A stretch of 64,000 nt of DNA. Origin: Hemiscyllium ocellatum. Taxonomy: Eukaryota. The number at the start of each line of letters is the position of its first letter. The stretch's first letter is position 1. The notes under the pieces are model-generated. The model searched no databases. It was not told where the DNA came from and saw only the letters and a list, made by a program, of their open reading frames with translations. Shown here one piece after another: positions 13,408 to 27,177 of this stretch. The position numbers and the translations under genes are program-made. The stretch spans positions 21,718,755 to 21,782,754 of the forward strand of contig NC_083447.1 in the NCBI RefSeq assembly GCF_020745735.1, written 5' to 3'.

Positions 13408-13710
13408 GGCGGCATGGTGGCACAGTGATTAGCACTGCAGCCTCATAGCGCCAGACACCCGGGTTCAATTCCCTCCTCAGGCGACTTGCTGTGACGAGTT
13501 TGCACATTCTCCCCGTGTCTGCGTGGCTTTCCTCTGGGTGCTCCGGCTTCCTCCCACAATCCAAAAAATGTGCAGGTCAGGTGAATTGCCCGTAGTATTA
13601 GGTGAAGGGGTACATGTGGGGGAATGGGCCTGTGAGGGTTGCACTTCGGCAGGTCGGTGTGGACTTGTTGGTCCTGAAGGGCCTGTTTCCACACTGTAAT
13701 CTAATCTAAA
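13408..13710 (+). mobile_element. tRNA-derived SINE (HE1/V-SINE-like)
   Basis: Box A TGGCACAGTG, box B GGTTCAATTCC, core CTCCCCGTGTCTGCGTGG, 3' tail GGGCCTGTTTCCACACTGTAA(TCTAA)n. Confidence 0.85.
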
Positions 13711-14658
13711 GTTAGCTCAAAAGAGGCAATCTAGGTGGGCAGGATCAAGCTCCCACAGAACCAGGAATTTCAGATTTAACTTATGGCATTTGCGGGGATC
13801 TTAACTGTAGACGCTCTTATTCCTCTCTCTGCTAAAAGTCGGCCTTCTGTCCCTGCTGCTAGAATTACATATGAGTCAATCTATTTTACTGAATTTGCCT
13901 TTGCCAAAGGTGTGTATATGGGATGTTATTATATTGGAATAGTTCATAGGTAACTGTTAAAATATACTAATTTGTTAGGCATTTCGTTGAAACTGCAGTT
14001 GAGCTAATTCTTTTCTTTCCTTTTTCTTTTGTCTGTACTTGAACTGTTAAAAGATATCGTGTTTTGCTTAAAATTGAGGCGTTTGACCAGTCACATTGCA
14101 TGGAAAAGCAACGCCCTCTATTTAAAATAATGGAAAGGTTATTGTCTTTTATAGCCTCTTAATATATATTGAGGGGCTTTGATTAGGTCCATAACCGGGG
14201 GATCTCATAGCAATGTATAAAATAGCAACAAGACTTGGCATGGCTAAAAGCAAGAAGTCCGTTTCCGATGACCAGGGAGTCCAGAACCCGGGGTCACAGT
14301 TAACGATACAGGGTAGGCCACTTACGACTGAGAACGAAGGGAGATTTCTTCACCCAGATCATAATGAACTGATGGAATTCTCTGAAACAGATACATGTTG
14401 AGACCAAAAATAAATGCATGTTTTCAGGAAGGAGTTAGATACAGCAAAATGTTCGTCAACGTCGTTCAGTTCTTTCCAAAGTGAAAATCTCTCCGCTCTG
14501 GTATCATTGCTGTGACGTTATTGCTTTTTAAAAATCTCCGGCTGCACATTTGTCTTGTCGCTGTAAATGGGGAGGGAAGAGAGATGGGACTTAGGGCTGC
14601 CCTCAACAGGCCGAAAGAATGAGCGATGTCGTTGACAGCTGCTTCCGGCTGTCTTTGG

Positions 14659-14697
14659 GGTTTTTGTTGAGCTGCTCCATCTGTCTGAGTCACTGTG
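14659..14697 (-). other. 23-RSS of B1
   Basis: CACAGTG, 23-nt spacer, ACAAAAACC. Confidence 0.95.
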
Positions 14698-15143
14698 AAT
14701 ACTCCAGGCACAGTAATAAAGAGCCGAGTGATGCGCCTGCAGGTTGCGAGACTCCAGGTTAAAGTCAGAGCCACTCGGTCGTGTGGCGGTGAAACCGTCC
14801 GCCGCTTCTCTTCATTCACATTTCCTGCAACTGCAGAATAAAACATCAGCTGCAGCTCCTTTCCCGGGTATTGTCTGTACCAGTACATGTAACCGCTACT
14901 CTCACCCTTCACCGTGCACCTCAAGTCCACTGCCTTGCCGAGGGACGTGGAGACGCTGTTGGGAGTCTGAACGACTCTCGCTGTCTTCACGTCTAAGAAA
15001 GGGAAAAGGTCAATAAACAGATCAATTGCTATCGAGAAGGAGAAAGTAAAGGAATAAAGCATAAATGATGGCTGTTCCCTCAAATTATTGGTAAACAATC
15101 ACTTACATTGAAATAACGTCATGAGGCTCAGTAAGAGATACAT
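14698..15143 (-). pseudogene. TRBV: TCR V pseudogene B1 (1-nt deletion after CDR2); leader 15143-15107, V exon 14992-14698
   Basis: Leader MYLLLSLMTLFQ; VKTARVVQTP...DLRC...WYRQYPGKELQLMFY...NVNEE, then GAAGAGAAGCGG versus GAAGAAGGAGCGG in B2 shifts the frame. Could be a sequencing error. Confidence 0.85.
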
Positions 15144-15462
15144 CTTTTTTACTTTAAGCTTTTCCTGTATGAACACGAACAGAATCCAATCTTGACTGTA
15201 ACTGGAACCAGCTGCTTTCAAGTCAATGAGAGGAACCTGACGGGTTCAGGAAATGACTTGTCTGTGCACATGTCCCTCTCCCTCAGATGGAAAGACCCCC
15301 CCCCCCCCCCCCCACTCTCTTTCTCTATCTCTGTTTCTTTTTGCAAGTGGAACAGTGGTGAACAGGAGGTTTCCAAAGGGAAGCGACAGTGCACAAGACA
15401 CTGGCAGGTACAGCTCAAGGTTGGATTCTGTTGCTTTGTGGGATTCGTTAACCACAGTTACC

Positions 15463-17077
15463 GAATAGAACATAGAACATAGAACATAGAACAATACAGC
15501 ACAGAACAGACCCTTCGGCCCACGATGTTGTGCCAAACATTTGTCCTAGCTTAAGCACCTATGCATGTATCTATCCAATTGCCGCTTAAAGGTCACCAAT
15601 GATTCTGACTCTGCCACTCCCACAGGCAGCGCATTCCATGCCCACACCACTCTCTGGGTAAAGAACCTACCCCTGACATCCCCCCTATACCTTCCACCCT
15701 TCACCTTAAATTTATGTCCCCTTGTAACACTCTGTTGTACCCGGGGGAAAAGTCTCTGACTGTCTACTCTATCTATTCCCCTGATCATCTTATAAACCTC
15801 TATCATGTTACCCCTCATACTTTGCCATTCCAATGAGAAAAGGCCGAGCACTCTCAACCTATCCTTGTACAACCTATTCTCCATTCCAGGCAACATCCTG
15901 CTAAATCTCCTCTGCACCCTCTCCAAAGCTTCCATACCTTTCCTAAAGTGAGGCGACCAGAACTGCACACAGTACTCCAAATATGGCCTTACCAAGGTCC
16001 TGTACAGCTGCAACATCACGTCACGACTCTTGAATTCAATTCCTCTGCTAATGAACGCTAATACACCATAGGCCTTCTTACAAGCTCTATCCACCTGAGT
16101 GGCAACTTTCAAAGAGCTATGATCATAGACCCCAAGATCCCGCTGTTCCTCCACCTTACTGAGAACCCTATTAACCCTGTATTCCGCATTCTTATTTGTC
16201 CTTCCAAAATGGACAACCTCAAACTCCTCTGCTGTTTGTAATTTTTATTAATGACTTGGAAGAGGGAGTCGAAGGGTGGGTCAGTAACTTTGCAGGTGAT
16301 ACGAAGATTGGTGGAGTTGTGGATAGTGAGGAGGGCTGTTGTCAGCTGCAAAGGGACTTAGATATGATGCCGAGCTGGACTGAGGAGTGGCAGATGGAAT
16401 TCAACCCATCTGCCACTCCTCAGCCCAGCTCTGTATCATATCTAAGTCCCTTTGCAGCTGACAACAGCCCTCCTCACTATCCACAACTCCACCAATCTTC
16501 GTATCGTCTACAAATTTACTGACACACCCTTTGACTCCCTCTTCCAAGTCATTAATAAAAATTACAAACAACAGAGGACCCAGAACTGATCCCTGCGGAA
16601 CTCCACTTGTAACTGAGCTCCAGGCTGAGTATTTGCCATCTACCACCACTCTCTGACTTCGACCGGTTAACCAGTTCTCTATCCAACTGGCCAAATTTCC
16701 CACTATCCCATGCCTCCTGACTTTACACATAAGCCTACCATGGGGAACCTTATCAAATGCCTTACTAAAATCCATGTACACTACATCCACTGCTCTACCC
16801 TCGTCCACATGCTTGGTCACCTCCTCAAAGAATTCAATAAGACTTGTAAGGCAAGGCCTACCCCTCACAAATCCGTGCTGGCTGTCCCTAATCTAGCAGT
16901 ATCTTTCAAGATACACATAAGTCCTATCTCTCAGTACCCTTTCCATTACTTTGCCTACCACCGAAGTAAGACTAACTGGCCTGTAATTCCCGGGGTTATC
17001 CCTATTCCCTTTTTTGAACAGGGGCACAACATTCACCACTCTCCAGTCCCCTGGTACCACCCCGTTGACAGTGAAGA
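15463..17077 (-). mobile_element. 5'-truncated CR1 LINE with internal fold-back duplication and (TTCTATG)n tail
   Basis: RT motifs NYRPVSLTSV, VYMDFSKAFDKVPH, GVPQGSVLGPLLF, DDTK. C-terminus QRDLGV...YCVQFWSPH...FTQRVV. Tail at about 15463-15495. Confidence 0.92.
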
Positions 17078-17487
17078 CAGTCGACAATTTTGTAGCAATA
17101 GCTGATATTTTGTTGAATTTGTAAAGAGGCAGCAGTTTCATTAGATGAAGAACGCATCCGACCGTGACAGATGAGAACACTTCGTCGATCAAGAAACCCT
17201 TCTCTAGAATGGAAGGGGCAGAGCAGCAGTTTTGGATCGTGCCTGAAACTTTGGTGATAGCCTTTGCTAATGAAAGACTTCTTTGACTCGAGGGCTACTG
17301 TGGAGAACTCCTGGTCTTCTCCCAACGATATGGGGTCTCACTTCTTTCTCATTCTTCGCTTAGAGATTTCTTCACTCAGTGAACTTGTGGAATTCTCCAC
17401 TACCGAAGGATGTGGAGGCCTAGTCACTGAATATATTCAAGAAAGAGAGTCTATTTTTAATTTCAAAGGCGTCAGGGTTTGGCAGTG

Positions 17488-17512
17488 GTGGGGGGGGGGG
17501 GGGGGGGGGGGG
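17488..17512. repeat. Poly-G tract (other G/C runs about 15297-15313, 33558-33574, 54028-54085)
   Basis: Homopolymer runs seen directly. Confidence 0.9.
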
Positions 17513-18204
17513 GAAGAAGGGAAGCAGGAATTTTGTCTTGCAACAGAGGATCATCAGTGATCATAATGTATGGCAGATTAGGCTCAAAGATGTGAATAGC
17601 TGACTCCTGTTCCTGTCGATGATCTTTTTATGTTAAACGGTTAAAGTCGAAACAAGTTACTTAGCTGTCCCATTTTTACGGAAGTAGAGGTATTAATTGA
17701 CTTTTAGAAGTAAAGGAGGATTTATTCGCCTTCACTGAGAGTTTTTATTTTCCCTCAGTCAAGATGCCTGGCATTAACTCTCTCCCCTAAGCGCGACCGA
17801 TGCTGACAGTCAGTTTAAGATGCAGATTAATATAGTTTAATCGGGTCAGTGTGTAAATGAATAGCCAGTGAAGGTGAATAGACTTAATTTATGCATTGCT
17901 CCACTCTGGTCAATTTGACTGGCGGCGCAAGTTTGAGGGCCAATTTTGTCTCTGTTCTTGTACAAGCACCAGGTGCAGTCCATGCTTCTGCAGCGGCCTC
18001 TAGTGCACCAAGAGAAAAATAATATAAAATCCTCCTGGCGTCTTTTCACTGGCCTCTTCCCATTTCTATTAATTTCCTTTCCATGGTTTATCAACTGCTT
18101 ATTTTCAGAGCATTTTTCCAAATCCAATCTGTATATCTCCGAATTCCACATTCTTACGATCTTGACACAAAAAAAGTTTCCCCTGACTTCCCGTTTAGAT
18201 CTGG

Positions 18205-18578
18205 GCGTCGGAAGCTGAGGGGTGATCTTATAGAGGTTTACAAAATTACGAGGGGCATGGATAGGATAATCTTTTCCCAGGGGTCCGGGAGTAGAGAACT
18301 AGAGGGCATAGGCTTAGGGTGAGAGGGGAAAGATATAAAAGAGACCTCAGGGGCAACTTTTTCACACAGAGAGTGGTTCAGGTATGGAATGAGCTGCCAG
18401 AGGAAGTGGTGGAGGCTGCTACAGTTGCAACATTTAAGAGGCATTTGGATGGGTATATGAATAGGAAGGATTTGGAGGGATATGGGTCGGGTGCTGGCAG
18501 GATGACTAGATTGGGCTGGGATATCTGGTCGGCGTGGACAGGTTGGACCGAAGGGTCTGTTTCCATGCTGTACATCTA
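18205..18578 (+). mobile_element. CR1 LINE 3' fragment
   Basis: LRGDLIEVYKI...DLRGNFFTQRVVQVWNELP, with 3' UTR TTGGACCGAAGGGTCTGTTTCC. Confidence 0.85.
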
Positions 18579-21500
18579 AGATTCTTGAGCAGAAAAATAT
18601 GAATCTACTGTTGCTGTGCTTTGTAGTCAGTTTCTTTTTTTAATGAAGAAAGGTTGAGACAGACATATCGGCTGCAAGCCCAATAAATAAACAGCCTTGT
18701 AAAGCCTTGTTTCTTTTTAAAGTTGAAACATTCAAAGCAGCCTGAACGTGTGGGGCCAAACTCCCAGAGAACCAGGAATTTTAGTTTAGCTTTCAGTAGC
18801 TGTTGCTGAGAACCTGAAGCTGGATGTGAGACTTCCTGTTGTTCTATCTAATGCAACTAGAAGCTAGATTTGTCTTCCAGCTGCTACATATACATGTGAG
18901 ACAATCAATAGTACTGAATTTGTCTTTGCAAGGGTGAGTTGATGGCTTGTTACTACATTGAAACAGTTAATGAGCTGTCCAATATTTTCTGAAGCGTTTC
19001 AATAGTTCTAGTTAAGCTAATTCTTTTCTTTTATTTTAGTTGTCTGTATTTTAATCGTAATATCTGAGTTAAGTGTGTTTTGCTTCTGGACCACAGTCTT
19101 GATCAATCGAATTTTCCCAGAGTGCCTGCCCCTTGCTTTTACCATAAGGAAGTTAGGGTGTAGGCTATCTCCTTGACGTGTTTTGAGGGGGTTTACTCTG
19201 GTCCATAGCAACAGGCAGCATGGATTTGTGTAGGGAAGATTGTATCTCACAAACGTGACTGACTGTTTTTTGAAGAAGTGACAAAGATGGTTAGGGGCTG
19301 GGCGGTAGACTTTGTCTGTATTGGGTTGAGCAAGGTCTTTGATGAGTTGGGAGGCTGATACAAAAGGCGATGTCACCTGTGATCTGCAATGACCTCGTAC
19401 GGAGATGAATACAGAACTGGCTTAATCATAGAAGACAGAGAGTAGCAGTGGAAGGTTGTATTTCTGACTGGAGATTTGCGACCAGTGATGTTCTGCAGGG
19501 ATCAGTGCAAGGAACCCTGTTGTTTGTAATACATATACAAATGATATGGAGGAAAAGGTAGGTTGTCAGATTACAAAGTTTTTGGATCACACAACGATTG
19601 ATGGAGCTGTGGATAGTGAGAAGGTCAGCTAAAGGATACAGCAGGATATAGATAGGCTGGAAACACGGGCAAAGAATTGGCAGATGGAGTTTAATCTGGA
19701 AAATGTGAGGTGATAGTATTTTGAAAGATCTAATACAGGTTGGAAGTATACTGCAAGTGGCAGAACTCTTTGTCGCATCAAAATACAGGGGGTTCTAAGC
19801 ATACAGGTGCACAATTCCCTGAAAGTGACGACATAAGGTGGTCAAGAAGCACAGAGCATGTTTGCTTTCATCAGTTATGACATAGGTGATAAAAACTGCC
19901 AAATGCTGCTGTATAGAACTTCAGTTTGGTCATATTTCAAGTGCTGTGTACAATTCCAGGCACTACAATACTAGCAGGATGTGTAGGCTTTTAAGAGGGT
20001 GCAGAAATGGTTTACTAGGATGTGGCCTACTTTGAAGGTTATTACAATGAGGAGATATTGGACAAACTTAATTTGTTTTTACTTGAATGTTGAAGGATGA
20101 GGTGCAACCTAATAGAAGTTTACAAAATTGAGAGACATGGATAGTTGGAGTCATTTTCCCGTGGTAGAAATGCCAATTACTAGGCATGTTTTGAAAAAAA
20201 AAGTTGTGCGAGACATGTCTTTCAGAAAGAAGGTGGTAAATGCTTGTAATGCGCTGCCAGCGGTAATGGTTCAGGCGGATACAATAACCGCATTTTAAGA
20301 TACACCTTGCCAGTTCCATGAATAGGCAGGGGTTAGAGGGAGTCAAGGTTAGAGTGGTGCTGGAAAAGCACAGCAGATCAGGCAGGATCTGAGGAGCGGG
20401 AAAATTGAAACAGATAAAGGCCGGTGACGTGGTTGAGGAAGTATTTTGGAAGGTAGAGTGTGATGTGAAAAACTGCAAAAGTTTTTGGTGTTTTTCAAGA
20501 CAACTAGTGTAGGAGAGACCTGAGCAGGACAAAATTTCAGGAGGCAGCAGAGTTCAGGCGCATAGATGCTTATTCGAGCAATTACCGGTATCATGCAGGC
20601 AGTGGCACTCGACAACTCCACACAGCACTGTGTCAAATGTACTCCAGCCTCGTGCAAGCAGATTCTCAGTTTAAATATTTTCCTTGTCCCCCTCTGAAAT
20701 CGCTGTGCACATCTGCTCCCCTGTATGATATTGGGGAATGGTGCTGGGTTGCCAGACTGTGATTGGATCTTTTTTACATCATTCTATGCCAACAATTTGT
20801 TTGCTGCTGTGTGTTTAACTGCCAAGTAATTAGATAGGGGACTTTTAACTTTCTCACTGCAGAGAATCCAATGGAATATTGATTATTGATCAGTTCCAAC
20901 AAACTTATGTGGCTACATCCAATGGTAGATTTCTTTAAGCTAGCAAGTTGTATTTCAGTGTGTTAATTAAATTCACATTCCAATGTCTGATCATCTCTCT
21001 CTTTCCTGGAATGATTGGGTTGCTGGGGCGTGGCGGAGGGGTCGTGTGTGTGTGTGGGGCGAGCGTCTATTTTCGGAAACTAGTTTGATTCTTTTTCTCT
21101 AATGCTTTTAGTGACCTTTTGTATCTATGTGGAATCATAGTTACTTCTGCATCTCTATGTATGATTATATGAAGGATCTTAACGATAACTTACACTTTAT
21201 ATGTGTCTGATTGATGAAATAATTCAAGAGATTCAACAAATTAGTGTGAAATGTTCTTATTATGTAAAGCACTGCAGCTGCACATTCCATCCCAGCTAGT
21301 AGCCTTCATTACACAGACTTGCTATTTTCCATGTGTGGAGATTACATTAAAAAGACATTTCTAAAGCTCCCTAACTACTGTCAGCCATGTTTTTCAGAGC
21401 TAGAGGGGCAACATTAAGTCATTTTGTGCTGCTCAGCCTTAACAAATACAAAAGTAGCATAGCATTAGGGAGACTGAAAAATGTTGCAATACAGAAGGTT

Positions 21501-22167
21501 CTGCGTCTCCTCATGCATGAGCACGATCAGAAATATAAGTTTGTGTGGGGGAACAGCAAGTAAATAAGCTCCAGGTATCCCAGTCAACGCCAAGAACACC
21601 ACGATCCATAAAGAAGGTCCAGCACCATCAAATTACGAAGTTTCAAAGTTTCCTTTGAATATAAACCAGGTGGAAATGTTGTTGCCAAATGTAGCAATCT
21701 ACATTCGTCTTTGAGACAAGGAGCATACCAGGGTTAACAGTGAACAGAGTGAATTATTCGAGCAATCCTGGCATATACTAATCCCCAGCTTGTGACCATC
21801 ATTGCACCCAATCCACCTTCAACAGGATTGACACAGTACTTTTTCAGGTATAGGAAGATGAAACGCAGAAGCTTTCCAGAACACTCATTAAGACGGACCA
21901 GCAATCTGCAATGATTGAAGTGAAAATTGTAGCATGGGCATGCAATAAAAATCTGACGATGTAATAAGGCTCCAGTTTGAGATGAAAACCGGCTATAAAC
22001 CATTGGTCACTCTGCTGAACTCAAAGTAGTGACAGTTAGGATGCACCCTAGAATTTAAGAGCTCAGATTGAGGTTGATATGTTATGGCTTAGCAATTGAA
22101 TCCATCCAGGATACCATTCAGGATAACAGAATGAAAACAGATTTCGCTTTCACTTAGGAGGCTGAAA

Positions 22168-22537
22168 GTGGGCGGCATGGTGGCACAGTGGGCGGCACGG
22201 TGGTACAGTGGGCGGCACGGTGGCACAGTGGGCGGCATGGTGGCACAGTGGTTAGCACTGCTGCTTCACAGCGCCTGAGACCCGGGTTCAATTCCCGACT
22301 CAGGCGACTGACTGTGTGGAGTTTGCATGTTCTCCCCGTGTCTGCGTGGGTTTCCTCCGGGTGCTCCGGTTTCCTCCCACAGTCCAAAGATGTGCGGGTC
22401 AAGTGAATCGGCCATGCTAAATTGCCCGTAGTGTTAGGTAAGGGGTAAATGTAGGGGTATGGGTGGGTTGGGCTTCGGCGGTTGGTGTGGACTTGTTGGG
22501 CCGATGGGCCTGTTTCCACACTGTAAATCTAATCTAA
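22168..22537 (+). mobile_element. HE1/V-SINE-like element with four 20-bp tandem copies of its 5' end
   Basis: (GTGGGCGGCAYGGTGGYACA)x4 at 22168-22247, then a full SINE body and TCTAA tail. Confidence 0.88.
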
Positions 22538-23905
22538 AAAAAAAGTTTAAATCTCAGAAGTCAGAAAAGATTTACCACCTCCAGAAAGGAAACTAGATGT
22601 ATGAGGAAGCTCAAAAATGTGATGTAGAATGTGTCTTAAATGTCTAATGAATCTGTTCAGGCAATCTAATCAGTAGTTCCCCCTTGTGCCAGGACTTGGA
22701 GCAATGTTGACACCTCACTCTCATCAAGACTTTCTAGTATTCGAAAAGTAATTGGTGATACTAGGAGCAAAAATACCTGAAATTCTTCAGATAATTCACC
22801 TGGATCATTTAGTCGTTACAAAGTGTCATTCAAGTGTGTTACTCTCAGTATGGTGACCAGAGGTTTCTTAAAATGCAACTAAATAGTTGTTTTTTTTAAT
22901 TGAAAAGGGCTAGGAATCAAAGAGCAGCATTTTGGCAACTTAGACACCACGCAGGCGAACAAAAGCAAAGGTCATATCGAGTGTAAGTCTGCACTTGCAA
23001 CATACCCACGAGGTTGTGGATTCAATTGAAGGTTTCAGCCTTCATGCTGGTGGTGTTGCTTGCAGCTCTTTGTGATACAACAAATATGAGAGAGACAGAA
23101 GAAAGAACTGAATTGGCCATGATTACCAAACATTCGGAAGGCATTGAATCCCTCGAAAGTGGAAATGGATCTTTCGGTCCAACAAGTTCACACCGACCCT
23201 CTGACAAGCTCCCCACCCAGACCGGAAATGAACTCTTTGGGCAATTTAGCATAGCCAATTAACCTAAGCTGTACATGTTGGGCTTGGGACGAAGCCGAGC
23301 ACAAGGAGGAAACCCACGCAGACATGCAGAAAGTGTTCCAACTCCACACGGAGTCGCCCAGGCCTGGAAGCGAACGCGGGTTCCTGATGCTATGAGGCAG
23401 CAATGCTAACCAATGAACCACAACGCCACCCACACTGGTGCTGCAAATAGTTAAGTAGCTTTCTGATATTCGTGAATATGAACTTCATGAAAAGTTCAGT
23501 AGTTCCCACTTTTCCAGGATGAATCCAAGAACAACAAATGGTGTTTATTCCTGTACCAGATCTTAAGGGGTGAATATCCTCTTCCTCCATCTGTCTTCTT
23601 ATGGAAGAATGGATGAGACACAAATGTCTTTTATTAACTTTGAGGGTCATCTGCTGACCCTGTGGAGAAAGAATTATTCTTACTGTTCTCCGAGAGAATA
23701 GTCGTCGACTTTCAGTTGCGAACTCAACATTATTTATACAATTCCAGAGCATTTATATCTGCTTTTTAAAAATAAGTCTATGCTCATTGTAATTGATGCG
23801 GTCACTTTGCAAAAGGCAAACAAAACTGTGCCTGAGTTTGTTATATACAGTTGTTTGTTTTAGGTATGTTTTTGTTGAACTGCTCCTTCTCTCTGAGTCA
23901 CTGTG

Positions 23906-24340
23906 AAGACACCAGGTGCAGTAATACACGGCTGAATGATTGGTTCGACGGCGGGAGGACTTCAGGTTGAACATAGAGGCACTTGGTCGCTCAGCGGTGA
24001 AACCATCCATTATCCCATCTGGAATCACAAACTGTGTAGTACTGGAGTAAAACAATAGCTGCAGTTCCTTCCCAGGGTATTGTCTGTACCAGTACATGTC
24101 ATCAGTGCTGGCTACTTCAACCATTCAGTTCCACACTGTCGCTAGCAACTTTGGAAACAGATGGGGAAGTCTGGTGGACAGTCACTGAGTTCACGTCTGA
24201 GGAAGACATAGGAAGAAAGAAAGTGAATCAAGTATTTGGAGAACGTGAGGTAAATTAAACAGATAACAACATTATGAAATGAAATAATAAATGGTATCAC
24301 TTGCATCGAAATAAATTATGAGACGCATTATGAGATGCAT
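23906..24340 (-). pseudogene. TRBV: TCR V pseudogene A2; leader 24340-24305, V exon 24196-23906
   Basis: 5-nt deletion removes the first Cys codon (GAACTGAATGGTTGA versus GAACTGAAGTGTATGGTT). Leader is 1 nt short with a GC donor. RSS CACAGTG/23/ACAAAAACA at 23905-23867. Confidence 0.9.
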
Positions 24341-27177
24341 CCTTTACTTCAAGTTTTCTTGTCACTGAAAAAAAACCAAATGGGGAAAATCCAATCACTT
24401 TAATACGAAACCTTTCAAATTATTTAGAAAATATAAAGGGACACGGAAGTGGTGCAGGTTGGAACAATATACCTCTCCCACTCAGTCTGAAATCCCACCC
24501 CTCTCTCTCCATGACTGATTGAAGGAAAGCAGATAGGATTAAGGGATTTCAAAGAAGACAGAGACAGTGGATGTAGTGGACAATGCAGGGGCAGATAGTT
24601 TAAAGAGGGCATGGAGTCATAGTCATAGAGGAGGAAACAGATCCTTCGGTCTAATTCGTCTATGCTGATCAGATATCCTATACTAATCTAATCCCATTTC
24701 CTGGCACTTGTCCCATATCTCTCAGGTTATCCATTTTCTGCCAAAGTAAGAGAAGTCAGTGAACTACAAACTGTTAAAAAGTGAGTAGTTCTGGAATTGT
24801 CAGTGAATTGCATTGTCTCCTATCGTAATACAAATAGAACTTCCGGATATTTTTAGAATACATCACAAAATCTAATCAAAGACCGGCCTCTATTTCTAGA
24901 GAACATGATTCAACATGGAGGAAGTTATTGTTAAAAACACTGAGCAAACTCCACCGAGAAAATGCATTTCAATTCTGGGCGTATTCCACAAGGAGGACGG
25001 ATTAGGTTTCGAGGGAGTGCTTAGTGGATACAGGAGCATGATATGGGGCTTTAAGGATTCAACAATAAGGACAATTTGCAATAATTTGTCTGTATTGAGT
25101 ACAGAAAATTGAGGGAGATCTGCCCATGAAGCTTCTTTTTTCCAATTTGACACGAATATTTGCTCTCTCTCTGACTCACACACACACACGCACACACACA
25201 CACAAACACACACAGACACAAACACATGCGTGTGCGTGCAGATGCTGGAAACCAGAGTTTAGATTAGAGTAGTGCTGGAAAAGCACAGCAGGTCAGGCAG
25301 CATCCAAGGAGCAGCAAAACGGTCGTTTCGGGCAAAAGCCCTTCCCGTGGATTTTCCTGCTCCTCGGATGCTGCCTGACCTGCTGTGCTTTTCCAGCACC
25401 ATTCTAATTTAACTTCTTGTACATTGACCAAACCTTTAATTATCTCGGGACAAAAACTCGAAAGGAATCTGGATTTTGTATTTTAATCAGCAGTCTAGCT
25501 CCCAACTGGTTAAAGGAGTCAATCAGGGCAGTTAAGTTTAAAAGTTGTTAACTTTTTAAAAATAAATATTGTGCTTTATCAGTCCTTATCAGACCACACA
25601 TGAGGATGGAGCGGAGCTCCGAAAGCTTGCAAATGTAAACAAAGGTTTTGGACAATAACCAGGTATCATTTGATTTTTGATCTTGTCCACTCAATCTCCA
25701 CATCATGAATAATATTTAGGGTGGGAGCTGGGTTAATGAATCTCAGTTAATGATCAAATGTAACCTCATTAGATTGGTTAAGGGGACACCAGGATCTCTA
25801 TGAGGTTTATGATTCCTGTGCAACATGCTCCAAGGGCACCCTCTGCTGGACAATTGCTGAAAGAGAACGCCAGTGTTTCTTTCCACGTTTGCTTTTGTAA
25901 CGTGTTTTATGTTGACCCTAATTCGCCAACTGTTCAAAACGGACATTGTCTACTGGCTGAACGATCTCAATCCGTGGAAATCATGTTTGACCCCATACTG
26001 TATAAGCTACTTATTTAATTTTGCTGTCACCTCCTTACTCTATGTCAATATATTCAATGCACAGTTCTGTCTTCTCCAACTCGCGTTCTAATCACAGGAT
26101 CATTACAGTATAAAAGGAAACCATTCAGCTCATGAAGTGTGCACGGCTTTTTGAGCATTCTAACTTGGTTAAAAGTCTTCTGTTGTTTCCTGTTAGGCCT
26201 GGCATTAGTTTTGTTTAAATACACATCTAACTCCTTCATGTGTACCTTAGTAAAACTCACCTCCGCAACAGTTCCGAGTACTGCTTTCTATATTGCAATT
26301 ACCCGCAGTATTGAAACGTTTTTCATCGGCTCGCATTTGCTTCTTTTGCACAACAGCTCTAAAGCATATCCTCTGGTTCTCGATCTCTTTCGAAATGGGA
26401 ACGTGTTCTCCCTATCTACCCTGTCAATATCCGTCGCTTTTCAACCTTCTGTCAAATCCTTGTTTGCCTTCTCCTCACCAAGGAGACCAATTTCAATGTT
26501 TTCGGTCTATTCTCAGAGCTGAAATGTTACATCCCTGGGAAACCATTCTTATAAACCTTTTCTGCACTCTCTCGATTGCATTCATAGCTTCAATTCCAGA
26601 CCTGTTCACAGCTCTGCAACTGAGCTCGAACCATTGCCTTAAATAAACCCATAAAAAATCTCCCTGCTCTTTACCTCCCTACTTATGAAGGTTAGAACAT
26701 TCTATGTTTTAATAACGGCTTTCTCCATCACATTCAATGACGCACACAAAGGTCACTCTGCTCCAGCACACCCTGTAGAATTTTGCTTTACAATATACGC
26801 GCCATGTTTCTCCTGAATTTCCCTTTGGGATTATTTATGACACATAGTCATTCTGTCCTAGCCTTCCAGAACAGAAACATTTTCTGATATGAAATCTTTA
26901 ATAATTATGAAGAGGTTTATTAGATACGTTCTGAATGTTGTGGTTTCAACAGAGAGGTAAGGGTTACTTTGAGTTTGTTGCAATTTCTCAGTTCTGGCAA
27001 CCTCCCTGTGTAGTTGCCTTTTCACGTTTCCTCGTGCTCCTCAATGTAGCTTTCCACTAACTCTTTCTCTCAAATGGCAAGCAAATACAGCAGGAAAAGC
27101 AGAGTTTGGACGAAAGCAGCTGTTTCCTGCCACTTTGGGGTGTTTGTTCATGTGCGCCCTCTTTCTGAGACGCTGTG

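Larger units (their letters stand above)
1..18580. repeat. Tandem cassette copy 1 (A1-C1-B1; no D gene), starts before the window
   Basis: Position 1 (CAGAACTGACTTAGTCAAAGAAGACAGAGAG) matches about 19413 and 52036, with colinear intergenic blocks. Boundaries are approximate and arbitrary by circular permutation. Confidence 0.8.

Noticed and set aside
13408-13480. tRNA genes at SINE 5' ends
   Set aside because: Box A and B are present but continue into the SINE core and LINE-like tail; no complete cloverleaf is evident.
14466-15098. 210-aa ORF as a novel Ig-domain protein
   Set aside because: It is intron plus the frameshifted B1 V exon read through the RSS.
22168-22247. CRISPR-like direct repeats
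   Set aside because: The units are contiguous with no spacers, derive from a SINE head and sit in eukaryotic DNA.
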